The notes under the pieces: generated by a model
What the model saw: the letters and a program-made list of their open reading frames with translations, nothing else
What the model was told of the DNA's origin: nothing
Databases searched by the model: none
Assembly (NCBI GenBank): GCA_963720465.1
Contig: OY970393.1
Location: 992,001-1,056,000, forward strand
Direction: 5' to 3'
From: Methanobacteriota archaeon
GTDB taxonomy: Archaea > Halobacteriota > Bog-38 > Methanoflorentales > Methanoflorentaceae
Length of the DNA stretch: 64,000 nt
Position numbers and translations under genes: made by a program
Part shown: positions 1 through 12,620 of the stretch, piece after piece
Numbering within the stretch: position 1 is the first letter of the stretch
How the letters are laid out: each line of letters begins with the position of its first letter

Positions 1-114
1 TGTTATGATGATGCCGTCAGCGTCCGTGATCAGCGCCGCATCAGAAAAGGCGCGGAGGAAGTCTGACACAATTTCGAAGCGCTCTAGTGGTGCATTGTTG
101 CGCGATTCGTTCAC
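1..114 (-). CDS. PAS-domain signalling protein, N-terminus only (runs off window)
   Basis: Manual translation from GTG at 114: MNESRNNAPLERFEIVSDFLRAFSDAALITDADGIIIT; DAALITDADGII is a typical PAS start; frame open to position 1. Confidence 0.6.
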   Translation of the reverse strand, partial: MNESRNNAPLERFEIVSDFLRAFSDAALITDADGIIIT

Positions 115-243
115 CGCTTTGTCCCCGCAAACCGTACAGTAGGTGTTCGAAAGCCTAGTCGTCAACAAACGTTAGCTTTCGTAGATATAAGATTTCACCC
201 TTGAAAAGCTACCGCAGACTGCTGCTTGGTGCAGCTTAAAACG

Positions 244-495
244 CTACGGCGACTTAGTTTGCTCTTTATCGCCCTTTGCTAACTGCTCGTAGAGCTCGCG
301 GCCGACGCACTCTTTCGCATAGGCACACCAGTAAATGCACAAGTTCTTATCGTTAAATATGGTTAGCCCGCACTTGCTGCATTGGACCTTGACGTCTGAC
401 GAAAAAATTTCGACATCTTCGCCGCACCGTGGGCACTTTTTGATTGTCAGAGTGGGCGTTCGTAAGTGTGACGTCCCAGGACAACTGCCGAACAA
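244..495 (-). CDS. small Cys-rich zinc-ribbon protein
   Basis: CPG...CPRCG...CSKCG...CIYWCAYAKECVG; probable TTG start at 495 behind a GGGAGA SD-like motif. Confidence 0.75.
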   Translation of the reverse strand: MFGSCPGTSHLRTPTLTIKKCPRCGEDVEIFSSDVKVQCSKCGLTIFNDKNLCIYWCAYAKECVGRELYEQLAKGDKEQTKSP

Positions 496-698
496 CGTTC
501 TCTCCCCTTCCAAACGAGTGCACCTCGGTTCTCGCCTGCAAAGTTTAAGCCAAGAACGCAAAAAAAAGCGCTCTAAACAATTTGGATGCGCACGAATGCC
601 TATAAAGTACTCGGTTGGATTGCCAAAGACACTAAGGCGCCGAGCGCTTCAACGTTCACCAAGATCTCTTTCCCGTGATTCATCATCGCCCAAAGGGT

Positions 699-824
699 CT
701 CGTCGAAAACGACAGCTGTAGCGTCGACGCCGTACAGGTTGTAACTGGCTGCACATTCGGAAAAGGCAATCTTGTGCTTAGAGATTGCGGAAAGCACGTG
801 TATACGTTCATCAATAGGGACACC
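699..824 (+). pseudogene. FmdE/FwdE family fragment
   Basis: [37 protein letters not shown] matches the FmdE core; the N-terminal HGHxCPG motif and the C-terminus are absent. Confidence 0.75.
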
Positions 825-889
825 GCCCGCAGTCCGAATCGCGTTGAAGAACTCAGTGGATCTCGAGCACATGGATCCAGCGTGGGGCC

Positions 890-1286
890 AGCTGCGGACA
901 ACGCCTTGTTCACGACTACTTGGGAATCAAGCTCGAAAAATCGGTTCAGGCTCCCGAAAACTGGCAGAGATCGCTTACCGATGCACGTTGCGTATAACGT
1001 CCAGGACGCCACCACAACCTGGGAGCTCTACCGCGTCCTAAACGAAAGGTTGCAAGAGCGGGGCCTGGAACTCGTCTATGAGCGCGAGCGCAACGCCCTG
1101 CCTGTTCTTCGTCACCTAGCTAGGAACGGCATGTATTTAGATGCAGCTGCGTGGCAGCGAGATCTGGCTCGGGGCAAACAGGAGCAGGCCCACCTCGCAG
1201 CGCTTCTGCGAACCGAGTTACAGGCGCCGTCTGATTTCAATCTGAACTCGCCGACACAAATACTCGGCGTGGTATCTTTATCATAG
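890..1286 (+). pseudogene. family A DNA polymerase (PolA-like) fragment: end of 3'-5' exonuclease to start of polymerase domain
   Basis: [26 protein letters not shown], then after a frameshift [13 protein letters not shown] (ExoIII YxxxD), [15 protein letters not shown] and FNLNSPTQI; ends at a premature stop. Confidence 0.75.
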
Positions 1287-1611
1287 GGGACAGCAAGACA
1301 CGGCCCCGCTGAATGAAGAACAACACGTACATCTCTCCAATATTGCGAGTACAGATCGTAAACGTGCCCGGGCAACGGATGCCGACAATTGCCAGATAGG
1401 TTCTAGTGTCAGAGCCTGTAAGGCTCCGGTCCTGTGTCGAATTGATACTTTGAAGCGTTTCGGATGTTACTAAGTGGGTCGGAGCGTTATCGGGTTCTTT
1501 AAACCCACATTGATTTGGCCACAAATTCACTCGATGCTTGAAACAACTTAGCGGATTAAACTAGAGTTTGCGCCGCCCTATCAGGAGCCCACGAAGACGT
1601 TTATGCTACGA

Positions 1612-3846
<2,235 letters not shown>

Positions 3847-3872
3847 CTACTACGAATAATAGTGTTCGCTGC

Positions 3873-4033
3873 TCATATAGCTAACATCTCCGTCTGCTTG
3901 CCGACTTCGGGGAAGAGCTTGGCCTTGATGTAGCGGGTGATGTCATTCGTAACCGTGAAGGCGCCGATAGCGCCGCGCTCTTGGCGTGCAAGCGCCGCTC
4001 CGGGATGACCTCCCGGTCGAAGTACGCCAGCTT
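3873..4033 (-). pseudogene. monofunctional heme catalase fragment
   Basis: Manual translation: KLAYFDREVIPERRLHAK, 1-nt frameshift, then GAFTVTNDITRYIKAKLFPEVGKQTEML-stop; this is the catalase distal-His region. Not in the ORF track. Confidence 0.85.
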
Positions 4034-4639
4034 CGCAGGATAGAGTAAAGTAATATTGCAGCGGTGGTTAGCGCAGGAACTGCTGACGCCCTCCAGTCAA
4101 CGTGTGTTTTAGTCTCACAAACGACACAGGTCCTGTTCTTGGGCGTCCGCACTCCCCATATCACTTTCTCTGTGCATTTAGCTAACACAATTACCCCTTA
4201 GACCCACCATCTCTTTTCGTAAACAACGATTGCGTAGAGGTCGATGAACTCAAAATCGAACTTGCAGATTACAAGAACGACTATGCAGACATGCCGCAGA
4301 AAAGCTTTTGAGGAAGTGCTCGACTAGTTGGCAGGCTTACCAATATCTCAAAAAGCGAGTCCACGATGCCTGGCTACCCAACAGCGCACGCCAGCAGTTG
4401 CGCCGAATTATCAAGAGGCTTGAAGTGCAAATATACCAGTGCCGCGAGTACGGCTGTGTGTATGAACAGCCGTGAATGCAGATCAACACGTTTAACCTCC
4501 TTGAACCTAGTAGGCGAGTTTCAGGAGGCTCCCGATAAAAGGGGATTGGACGATGGCGTCTGGACAAACACCAATTGCGGACGTAAAGAGAGTCGCTGAG
4601 GGAGCATGCGAAACACCCCCTCCGCCTAGAAAATTGCGC

Positions 4640-5660
4640 GATCGCCTCTAGTTTGTCGACAATCTGCGGACCTATCTCATCACGCTGGTGGTGCTACACC
4701 ACCTGGCAATCGTTTACACTGGGGCGGGGGCCTTCTATTACGTGGAGCCGACCCCGATCGATCAACTGGCGCTCGCCGTGCTGGTCATTTTTATAGCCCT
4801 CAACCAGGCCTACTTTATGGGTCTCTTGTTCCTGATTTCTGGTTATTTCTCGCCCGGATCGCTCGACCGCAAGGGGCCGAGGCGTTTCATCAGGGATCGG
4901 CTGATCCGCTTGGACATCCCGCTGGTCGTGTTCTTCTTCGTGCTCAACCCGATCGCGGCCATCGGCTCGTACGCGATGCCGGCGTCTCTGAGCGGCATCA
5001 CCACGCCTCTGTCCTGGCAAGATTACCCCAAACCGAATGCCACGGCAGGAGAGCAGCAACCAGCCTCCCCGCTATCGGACAATAGGCGCGTTCATCCTTG
5101 TCCTGGCTTTGACCAGTTACTTGATCCGAATCGTCATACCCATAGGTGAGTTCGTAGCCGGCTTTCCGACCCTATCCTACCTCCCCCAGTATGTCAGTTT
5201 CTTCATCATGGGCATCGTTGCCGTCCGTCACAATTGGCTACGGAACGTTCCGAAGTCGATGGGGAGAGTGGGCTTCGCCCTGGTGGTAGTCGCGACGATC
5301 ATTGTCTTTCCCATTGCAATCAGCGGAGGCGCCACAAATGTCGCCGGCTACGGGTCCTGGCAGTCTGCAGTCTACGCCCTGTGGGATTCGACCGTTGCCG
5401 TGGGAATGTCCCTCGGGCTGGTCACACTCTTCCGTGACCAGTTCAACTGGTCGGGTAGGTTCACCCGATTCCTGCAGCGACACTCGTACACCGTCTATGT
5501 CATCCAGGCCCCAATCATCGTATTCGTTGCCGTTGAGCTGATGGGACTCTCGCTCGAGCATCTGCTCAAGTTCGGTCTGGCAGCGGTGATCACGGTTCCG
5601 CTCTGTTTTGCGGCAGCCTATCTGGTTCTGAAGACTCCCTTCGCGTCCAGGGTCCTCTGA
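4640..5660 (+). pseudogene. acyltransferase family 3 (OpgC/MdoC-like) membrane protein, disrupted
   Basis: RL*FVDNLRTYLITLVVLHH (in-frame TAG at 4649), YFMGLLFLISGYF, RLIRL; frame break near 5035; C-terminal HSYTVYVIQAPII. Confidence 0.8.
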
Positions 5661-5865
5661 ATCTTAGAGAGTCGTTCTTAACTCCGAATGCTGGCTCATT
5701 TTGGTAATAGCTGGGCGAGTTACCGCGCCTTTTATCTATCGCTGTCTCCTGAACGCCCGCAGCTAGGAATAACGACCATTTTGACGCTAATATTGCCATT
5801 AGAAAAAACTACAGATGAAATATATCATGCGGCCCATCTGATTAGCACTGAGTAGGAGGGAGAAA

Positions 5866-6110
5866 ATGCTCACCAAGGCGCTAATTTTGACGGACGGCGA
5901 AGCGGACTTGCTAAGTCGTGTGCTTGAAGAAGTGGAGACCAAAACCTTTGAGGAGTCCCAGATTAGCCTAGATGATGTGGGAGCTCTCAACGCTCTTGTT
6001 TCACATTTCAGCGATGCAGAGAAGGTAGAACCGGATAAGGAAGCACGTCAAATATCTGTTAACCCATTGGGCAAACGCCTTTTTCTGGGGCATATTATCG
6101 GTCGAGAAGG
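5866..6110 (+). CDS. small acidic hypothetical protein; 3' end runs into the catalase remnant
   Basis: AGGAGG SD before the ATG; first ~70 aa look protein-like and are unrelated to catalase; end coordinate approximate. Confidence 0.35.
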
Positions 6111-6119
6111 CCGCACCGA

Positions 6120-7434
6120 GACAGCGAGTGAATCCCGGAGCGCGTCGTACACGCGAAGGGGGCGGGGGCCCACGGCTACTTCCAAGTGTACCAAAGCATG
6201 GCCCCGTATGCCTGTGCGAAGTTCCTCCAGATCCGGAAACGCAGACGCCCGTCTTTGTTCGTTTTTCAACGGTCGTTGGCGCTCGGGGGTCTGCGGACAC
6301 GGCGCGCGACCCGCGAGGGTTTGCGGTCAAGTTCTACGCCGAAGAGGGAAACTATGACCTCATGGGAAACAACTTGCCTGTTTTCTGTATCCGCAATGCC
6401 CTCAAGTTAACTGATATGGTGACTCGTTCAAGCCCGCTCCAGACTCGAACATCCCGACGAGCTCCTCAGCAAACAGTCGCTTCTTGGGATTTCATCTCCC
6501 TAACACCAGAGTCAACACGCATGATCACCTGGCTGTTTTCAGATCGAGGAACGCCTAAGAGCTACCGGACGATGGAAGGATTTGGCGTCAACACCTACAA
6601 GTGGATCAACGCAGCGGGGGAAGCCCGCTATGTGAAGTATCACTGGAAGCCAAAGCTGGGCGTCTAATCACTTGACCGTCATGAAGCTACAGCTTTGGCA
6701 GGGACCGACCCTGACTACCTCACTCGGGACCTCTGGGATACGATCGCAAACCGGAGCGAGGCGGAGTACGAACTTAACGTGCAGCTGATGGATATCGCCG
6801 ACGAGTTGAAACAGGACTTCGACCCTCTTGACGCAACCAAAACGTGGCCCGAGGATACCTTCCCGCTGATGCCGGTCGGCAAGATGGTGCTGCATCGGAA
6901 CCCTGAGAACTATTTCGCAGAAACAGAACAGGCCGCGTTCTCGCCCGGTGCCATCGTTCCGGGAATCGAGCCGTCTGCTACAAGCTGCTGCAAGGCCGTG
7001 TCTTCTCGTACGCGGATACCCAGCGGCATCGCCTTGGGCCCAATTATCTGCAGCTCGCCATCAATAAGCCGCACGTGCCGGTTGATAACGACCAGCGCGA
7101 CGGTGCGATGCAATCCGAATCGTTCCGTGGAGCGGTCAACTACGAACCAAACACTCTCGCTGGCGGCACGCCGAACGAAGCGCCTGCCGGTCCGACGTCC
7201 AGGGATCGGATAGAGAGGAACGTCACTCGTCGAAAGATAAGCCTCAAGAACGATTTCGCACAGGCTGGCGACCTGTACCGATCGCTGAGCACGACCGATC
7301 AAGACCACCTGATTGACAACGTTGTCGACTCACTTGAGAAAGCCGATAAACCAATGCAGGAGCGAATGGTGGACAACTTCACCAAAGCAGACGGCGAACT
7401 GGGCGCACGCGTGGCTCAAGGGCTCAACCTGTAA
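6120..7434 (+). pseudogene. monofunctional heme catalase, multiple lesions
   Basis: DSE*IPERVVHAKGAGAHGYF, VRFSTV, RDPRGFAVKFY, GNNLPVF, MEGFGVNTY, ETEQAAFSPG; stops at 6129 and 6665, frameshifts near 6225 and 6975; N-terminus missing. Confidence 0.92.
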
Positions 7435-7643
7435 CTCGTGATTGCAGTAGGCCGCTCCGCTGTCCAAACGCGCACGTAAACCAACGCCGGTTGAGCAACT
7501 GCCCACAAAAATAGCTCAGTCTTAGGCTGAGAGATGAGAAAAACGCCCTCTCCACGGAGCAGGCAACTGGTTGCGGGAATCGCGCTGCTTGCACCGGAGG
7601 GGCAGCTACCGACCGTCAAGAAGAGCTGTCAATTGACGAGCTG

Positions 7644-8117
7644 TTACTTAAGCAACACCACATTTCCCATCCCGCGCCGCCTGCGCTCGATGAGGCCCCT
7701 GCTTTCCAGCCCGTAGAGCGCTCTGCTGACGTTGGATTTCGGAAGGCCGGTCTTTTCGACCAATTCGCTCTGGTGAACGATTCCTTCGTCGATAATCGCT
7801 TTAAAGAGCGTCTGCTCATCATCTTTAAGCGTTTTAGCGACCTCTTCCCACCGCTGCCGCCGTTCCTCGAGGATTGTGTCTCCAGCAGACGCAGGCGCGG
7901 GTGCAGGGGTGACCGAATCGTGCAACAAGATGTACATGCCGCTCACGCTCATAAGGACGCACGCAATGGCGATGACCAGCACGTCGGCGTAGGTGAATAG
8001 CCCCGGAACCTCCGTCATAATGGCAGTATTGCCCTCAACGACGATCTGCACCGGCGTAGGATTGAGCAACTTGAACGCGAGCACGAGTACCTGAGGCGAC
8101 AAAAATAGCTTCCGCAA
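7644..8117 (-). CDS. membrane-anchored winged-HTH transcriptional regulator (COG2512-like)
   Basis: Hydrophobic N-terminal segments, then QSELVEKTGLPKSNVSRALYGLESRGLIERRRRGMGNVV; start uncertain. Confidence 0.8.
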   Translation of the reverse strand: MRKLFLSPQVLVLAFKLLNPTPVQIVVEGNTAIMTEVPGLFTYADVLVIAIACVLMSVSGMYILLHDSVTPAPAPASAGDTILEERRQRWEEVAKTLKDDEQTLFKAIIDEGIVHQSELVEKTGLPKSNVSRALYGLESRGLIERRRRGMGNVVLLK

Positions 8118-8180
8118 AGAGTGTCTTCCCTCGAACTCTCCCCCCGACCATAGCTGTGCCTCGCGTCGTGCGGCCTGAGG

Positions 8181-8636
8181 CTAATCATTGCACGCCGGAC
8201 CGTAGCAGATGCGCTCCTCTACAGAGATTACTTTCTCATGCGGTATATCAATGTTGATCTTGTAAAAATTGCCGTCGACTCGCAGCACCAGAGCAGCGTT
8301 ATCGATGGGGGGCGCACCGGGCGAAGGGGGAGGCGATCTGAGAATGGCGATTCCCACGACGGTACAGTTCTTGCCAGTGATTAACGCGTGCACGTATGCG
8401 TCCTTGTTTGCGATCGCAAGGAAGCTTTTAACGCGCGCTTCATATTGCGCTTGCTGCTGGGCTTGCTGATCTGGCGATTGCGACGTCTGTGGCGGTTTGA
8501 CGACGCTAATATAACCATTGCTGGTTCCTGGTATGGCATTCTCTGCTCCGACGACGATGAGGGCAGCTCCCGCCACGACTCCTACAACAAGCAAAATTAT
8601 GAGTAGTTCTAAACGCCGTTTGAGTGCGGCTTCCAT
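8181..8636 (-). CDS. membrane-anchored/exported hypothetical protein
   Basis: Probable ATG at 8636; basic residues then one TM helix, Gln-rich linker, C-terminal CYGPAC. Confidence 0.65.
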   Translation of the reverse strand: MEAALKRRLELLIILLVVGVVAGAALIVVGAENAIPGTSNGYISVVKPPQTSQSPDQQAQQQAQYEARVKSFLAIANKDAYVHALITGKNCTVVGIAILRSPPPSPGAPPIDNAALVLRVDGNFYKINIDIPHEKVISVEERICYGPACND

Positions 8637-8673
8637 TTCTAGGGTTCCTCTTGCCCAGCGCGCGCCAACCACT

Positions 8674-9426
8674 TCAACTGAAGTAGTAGGGTAACGCGTC
8701 GTCAAGGGTTTTTACCCCGACGACGGTCACGTTATAACCATCGTGACGCAGCTGCGATTGTAAGTTTACGAGCCCCGTTGTCGGATTTGCTTCGAGCGGG
8801 GAACTAGTACTTACGACGGTTTGATTGTAGGGGACGAGGATAACCCGAGCACCACTTTGTGCTGCTGCTTCTGCCTTATAGTAAACGCCACCGACATCGC
8901 CTACATTTCCGCCGCTGTCAATGGTACCGGTGCTGTAGACGTACTCATTGACCGGCTTCTTGGTTATCGCCGAGTATGCCGCGATTGTCATGGGGAGACC
9001 GGCGCTTGGCCCATCCACCTCGTACACGCCATTAGGCACGTGTAAGACGAATTCAAAATCTCGTTGATTTGGGTTGACGCTGGCGCGCGCAGCTGCAACA
9101 GCTACTGCAGTATTCGCGGTCTCCTGAAAATCGACGCCCGTCGCCGGCTGGGTCTCAACAAAGACGTACCCCGTTCCAGGTTGCGAATATACAACGAGGT
9201 TAGACACGGCGCCCGTGTAACTGTTGTTGCTCAATTGCTCCACGGCGAGCAAATGCGCTGTGCCGTTGGTGGTCCCCTGCGCGTTGATTCCTGCCGGGGT
9301 TCCTGTCGGGGATTGAGAAGGGTTAAATTGAATGTAGGGCGGGTTTAGATTCGCTGTGCATCCTGCGGTCGCAACCGACAACAACAGCAGAACGCAGAGA
9401 ATAAGTATTGCGCGAATCCACTTCAT
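8674..9426 (-). CDS. S16 (Lon-type) serine protease domain lipoprotein
   Basis: Lipobox TAGC; VDGPSAG catalytic Ser and VGGVYYKAEAA catalytic Lys; no AAA+ domain. Confidence 0.85.
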   Translation of the reverse strand: MKWIRAILILCVLLLLSVATAGCTANLNPPYIQFNPSQSPTGTPAGINAQGTTNGTAHLLAVEQLSNNSYTGAVSNLVVYSQPGTGYVFVETQPATGVDFQETANTAVAVAAARASVNPNQRDFEFVLHVPNGVYEVDGPSAGLPMTIAAYSAITKKPVNEYVYSTGTIDSGGNVGDVGGVYYKAEAAAQSGARVILVPYNQTVVSTSSPLEANPTTGLVNLQSQLRHDGYNVTVVGVKTLDDALPYYFS

Positions 9427-9637
9427 AAAATCAAATCCTGCGAGCAGTCACGTAGCAATCTCTTACATCGAATAATAACCTTTGCCCGTTGCAAGCTCCT
9501 AGAAGGGAAGCAAAGACGAGGCAATCGCCACTATTCTTTGCCGAATCGAGCACATTAATCACCACTTTTAATTTTCAATTCGGTCAGACAGCGACCGCGA
9601 CAGTTCGGCAGATCGGAAGTTATCGAGAGAAAGTCGC

Positions 9638-9862
9638 TCATGTCGACCGCGGCGCCTGAGCCGGCTCGAGGTCAAAGACGTCGTACACCCACTGGGCCCG
9701 CTTCTGCCAGTCCTCCCACAGATCCCGCTTCGATACGCTGTATTTCACCGAGAGCCTGTCAATAATTTCCGATATATTCAGTTCAGCGATATGGAGACGA
9801 TACATCTCCCGTCTTCGCGAGTAGAGTTCCATTTTTTTCGTCGTGGCCGCCTTTCGCAGCAT
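9638..9862 (-). CDS. small HTH-like protein, copy 1 (possibly truncated)
   Basis: ELYSRRREMYRLHIAELNISEIIDRLSVKYSVSKRDLWEDWQKR; paralog at 10818-11015; GGAGG upstream. Confidence 0.6.
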   Translation of the reverse strand: MLRKAATTKKMELYSRRREMYRLHIAELNISEIIDRLSVKYSVSKRDLWEDWQKRAQWVYDVFDLEPAQAPRST

Positions 9863-9981
9863 TTCACTGCCTCCGTGTCGTTGCAATTAAAAAAAGGGGA
9901 ATAAAGTGAGGAGAGGCGAGGGGATTCTATAGAGCTCAAGGGGGGAAGTATGGCACTGACGCCCCTCACCTCATCGTTTCT

Positions 9982-10374
9982 CTACTGCGCTTGAATTGTC
10001 TGGTTCACTATGCTCTGCAGCTTGGCCTGCTGGTCCTGTGGCAACTGGTTGTACCAGCTGGACAACGCCTGTTTAAGGTCGTTCTGCAGGGCGTTCTTCT
10101 GGTCGGCGGGAAGTTGGTTGTACCACGTGATCAGCTCGTGCCTCGCTGCTCTGTCTTGGCAGACGGTCAGATTCTTGTTCTGATTCGGCGTACCGAGCGA
10201 TGATACGAGGAACGGCCCGAGGGGGCCATTTGAGCTGCTCGTGCTGCTTGAAGTCGCTGACATGGTGGTCATGTTGCTCGTAGTGTTCGTCGTCTGCGCG
10301 TAGACCGCTCCCGCGAACGCCACTGACGCTATCAGCACAGCGAGAACGGTGACTGTTATTGTGCGCTTCTTCGT
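9982..10374 (-). CDS. secreted Thr/Ser/Gln-rich protein with internal WYNQLPxDQ repeat; apparent start codon is ACG
   Basis: GAGGTGA SD 6 nt before ACG-AAG-AAG-CGC, giving the signal peptide (M)KKRTITVTVLAVLIASVAFAGAVYA. Confidence 0.7.
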   Translation of the reverse strand, partial: TKKRTITVTVLAVLIASVAFAGAVYAQTTNTTSNMTTMSATSSSTSSSNGPLGPFLVSSLGTPNQNKNLTVCQDRAARHELITWYNQLPADQKNALQNDLKQALSSWYNQLPQDQQAKLQSIVNQTIQAQ

Positions 10375-10817
10375 GTATTCTCACCTCTATTCCCTCGACT
10401 GCACTAGAAGCCACGTGAGTGACCTCGGCAGAGGGCTCTCGGAATCACCTCAATCCCATATCATGAATGATGGTGTTTCCCTAGCCCGGCAACAACATTG
10501 ATGATCTAGCTTATCTTTGATGCGTGCGAAACTAGTTTCCAACTGGTTTAGTGCCCATTTTATTTTTATTTGACCTCGATAATTTTTCATAGTGCAAGTC
10601 GCTCCGCTGAGTAGACATCACGAATCATATTACAGTCGCTGACCTTCGCACGCCAGCCGACGTCAAAGGATCCACATTGCGCAACTTAAACAAAAAAAAT
10701 GCTCGCGCTCAGAAAAAAACGTCGCTCGATTGCGTCGTGTGAACCCACGGCTGCAACATCAGCTAGGAAGTCATATCAAAGACCGCGCACTGTTGCGCAA
10801 CAACGGTATTTGACCGA

Positions 10818-11015
10818 TCACGACGTGCGAGCTGGCTCGAGGTCAAAGACGTCGTATACCCACTGGGTCCGCTTCTGCCAATCTGTACACAGCGCCCGTT
10901 TGGATACGCGATACTTGGCAGAAAGCTTCTCGAGGATTTCTGACATGTTAAACTTAGCGATGTACAAACGGTACATCTCCCTTCTCCTCGAGTATAGTTC
11001 CGCTTTTCGTGTCAT
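10818..11015 (-). CDS. small HTH-like protein, copy 2 (possibly truncated)
   Basis: MTRKAELYSRRREMYRLY...DWQKRTQWVYDVFDLEPA; aligns with copy 1; AGGTG upstream. Confidence 0.6.
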   Translation of the reverse strand: MTRKAELYSRRREMYRLYIAKFNMSEILEKLSAKYRVSKRALCTDWQKRTQWVYDVFDLEPARTS

Positions 11016-11129
11016 GCTAACACCTATTTGGAATCTCACATTTGTCCTTGATCAACTTAAGCTTTTTCTGGAAATGAAGGTCCGGAGGCGCAAGTATAGC
11101 GCTCACGCATTCCATATAGGACGCGGTGT

Positions 11130-11795
11130 TCACATCCAGCCCTTCTCCATCCAAAATTCGTACTGATGCCTCCAAGCCTCTTTGTTCGCTTTCACCAATT
11201 GCCTGAAAAACGCACCTCTCTCGGCAATCGCGCTTTCCTGCTCAGCATAGTGGCGCTCTGTCTGTATTGCGTCCGTAAGCGTTTGGCCGAGATTAAACGC
11301 TTTGTTGATCGCCGCATCAATGGCAGCAGGATCCCTTCCAATGGCAGCACCGGCCTCGCCAACCGTCACTGCGCCTAGTTGGTTGAGGAAGTAATTCATA
11401 TAGCTAAGCACTTCGCTAATTCCCGAACTCCCTGCGGTGGTCACAGCGCAACCATATTTCCCTACGAGCATCTGGCAATGGATTGCGTCAGCCAATCGGT
11501 CGATCATCGTCTTGAGTTGTGCGGTGACGCCATTGATGTAGACCGGTGAGCCAAGGACAATCCCGTCGGCGTCCATCATTTTTTCCCACACCTCAGACAG
11601 ATCATCGTCTAGAACGCACTCGCCTTCGGCGTAACAAACTTGACACCCTAGACAATATTGAATATCTAAGGCGCGCAAATCGACGAGTTCCGTTTCCGCG
11701 CCGCGTTCCTTCGCACCGTCAAGGACGGCTTCTACTAGCTTGAGTGTGCGACTATTCCTCCCACGGGGACTGCTATTGATTCCTAGTATTTTCAT
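11130..11795 (-). CDS. iron-sulfur flavoprotein / multimeric flavodoxin (Isf/WrbA family)
   Basis: ILGINSSPR, CLGCQVCYAEGEC, GSPVY, LKTMIDR. Confidence 0.9.
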   Translation of the reverse strand: MKILGINSSPRGRNSRTLKLVEAVLDGAKERGAETELVDLRALDIQYCLGCQVCYAEGECVLDDDLSEVWEKMMDADGIVLGSPVYINGVTAQLKTMIDRLADAIHCQMLVGKYGCAVTTAGSSGISEVLSYMNYFLNQLGAVTVGEAGAAIGRDPAAIDAAINKAFNLGQTLTDAIQTERHYAEQESAIAERGAFFRQLVKANKEAWRHQYEFWMEKGWM

Positions 11796-11898
11796 CGTTG
11801 CACCTCGATTACGTACGATATGGCCTGGTGCTATAAGTATTGTTTCGGACGTGCAGCAAACATACTTTTATGGTGTTTCTGCGACAAACCAAGCTTGC

Positions 11899-12477
11899 GT
11901 GGTTGACTTCAATTCGGTCTACCAAGGTGACCCCCCTTGGGACATCGGCCGTCCGCAGAAAGAGTTCGTGCAGCTCGAAGAAGCGGGCGAAATCGTCGGA
12001 TCCGTTCTCGACGTCGGATGCGGAACTGGAGAGAACGCGCTCTTTATTGCGGCACGAGGACACGAGGTGTGGGGCGTTGACTTCACCCCCAATGCGATAA
12101 AGAAAGCAAAGAACAAAGCGTTGGAGCGTAATATCAACGTTACGTTTCTCACGCGAAACGCGTTGGACCTGCACCATCTTGGCATGGTGTTCGACACGGT
12201 CATCGACTCGGGACTATTTCACGTGTTGAATGACGATGAGCGCCCGCTCTTTGCGAGTAGTCTTGCGAACGTCCTTCACCGCCACGGAACCTACTTCATG
12301 CTGTGCTTTAGCGAACTGGAACCTGGCTCATGCGGTCCGCGGCGGGTTACGCAAAGTGATATTAGGGACACGTTCGATCGCGCATGGCACATCAATTACA
12401 TTAGACCCGCACAGATGGAAAGTCGACGACTTATCGATGGCATCCACGCTTGGCTCTCGTCGATCTCGAAGGCTTAA
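11899..12477 (+). CDS. class I SAM-dependent methyltransferase
   Basis: PPWDIGRPQ, VLDVGCGTGEN, FDTVIDSGLFH; probable GTG start at 11899. Confidence 0.9.
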   Translation: MVDFNSVYQGDPPWDIGRPQKEFVQLEEAGEIVGSVLDVGCGTGENALFIAARGHEVWGVDFTPNAIKKAKNKALERNINVTFLTRNALDLHHLGMVFDTVIDSGLFHVLNDDERPLFASSLANVLHRHGTYFMLCFSELEPGSCGPRRVTQSDIRDTFDRAWHINYIRPAQMESRRLIDGIHAWLSSISKA

Positions 12478-12620
12478 AAGGGCGCACGATTGCATCACAA
12501 AAGAACGGACGCTCGATTGTCGTCGACATCGCTCATTTGCGGCATAGGCTGCGCATATCAGCAAATTCGCGTGAAAAACATATACGCCGACAAAGCAACT
12601 AGATTCAAGAGTGAGTACGC

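Noticed and set aside
4200-4475. Protein-like broken reading frames (VDELKIELADYKNDY..., YQYLKKRVHDAWLP...)
   Set aside because: Probably a decayed gene, but I cannot assign a family or boundaries.
4649-4651. In-frame TAG as possible pyrrolysine readthrough in the acyltransferase
   Set aside because: It falls at a position normally aromatic (RLYF-like), the gene has a further frame break, and no pyl genes are in the window.
6129-6131. In-frame TGA in catalase as selenocysteine
   Set aside because: It corresponds to conserved Arg (CGA to TGA) in a gene with several other lesions.
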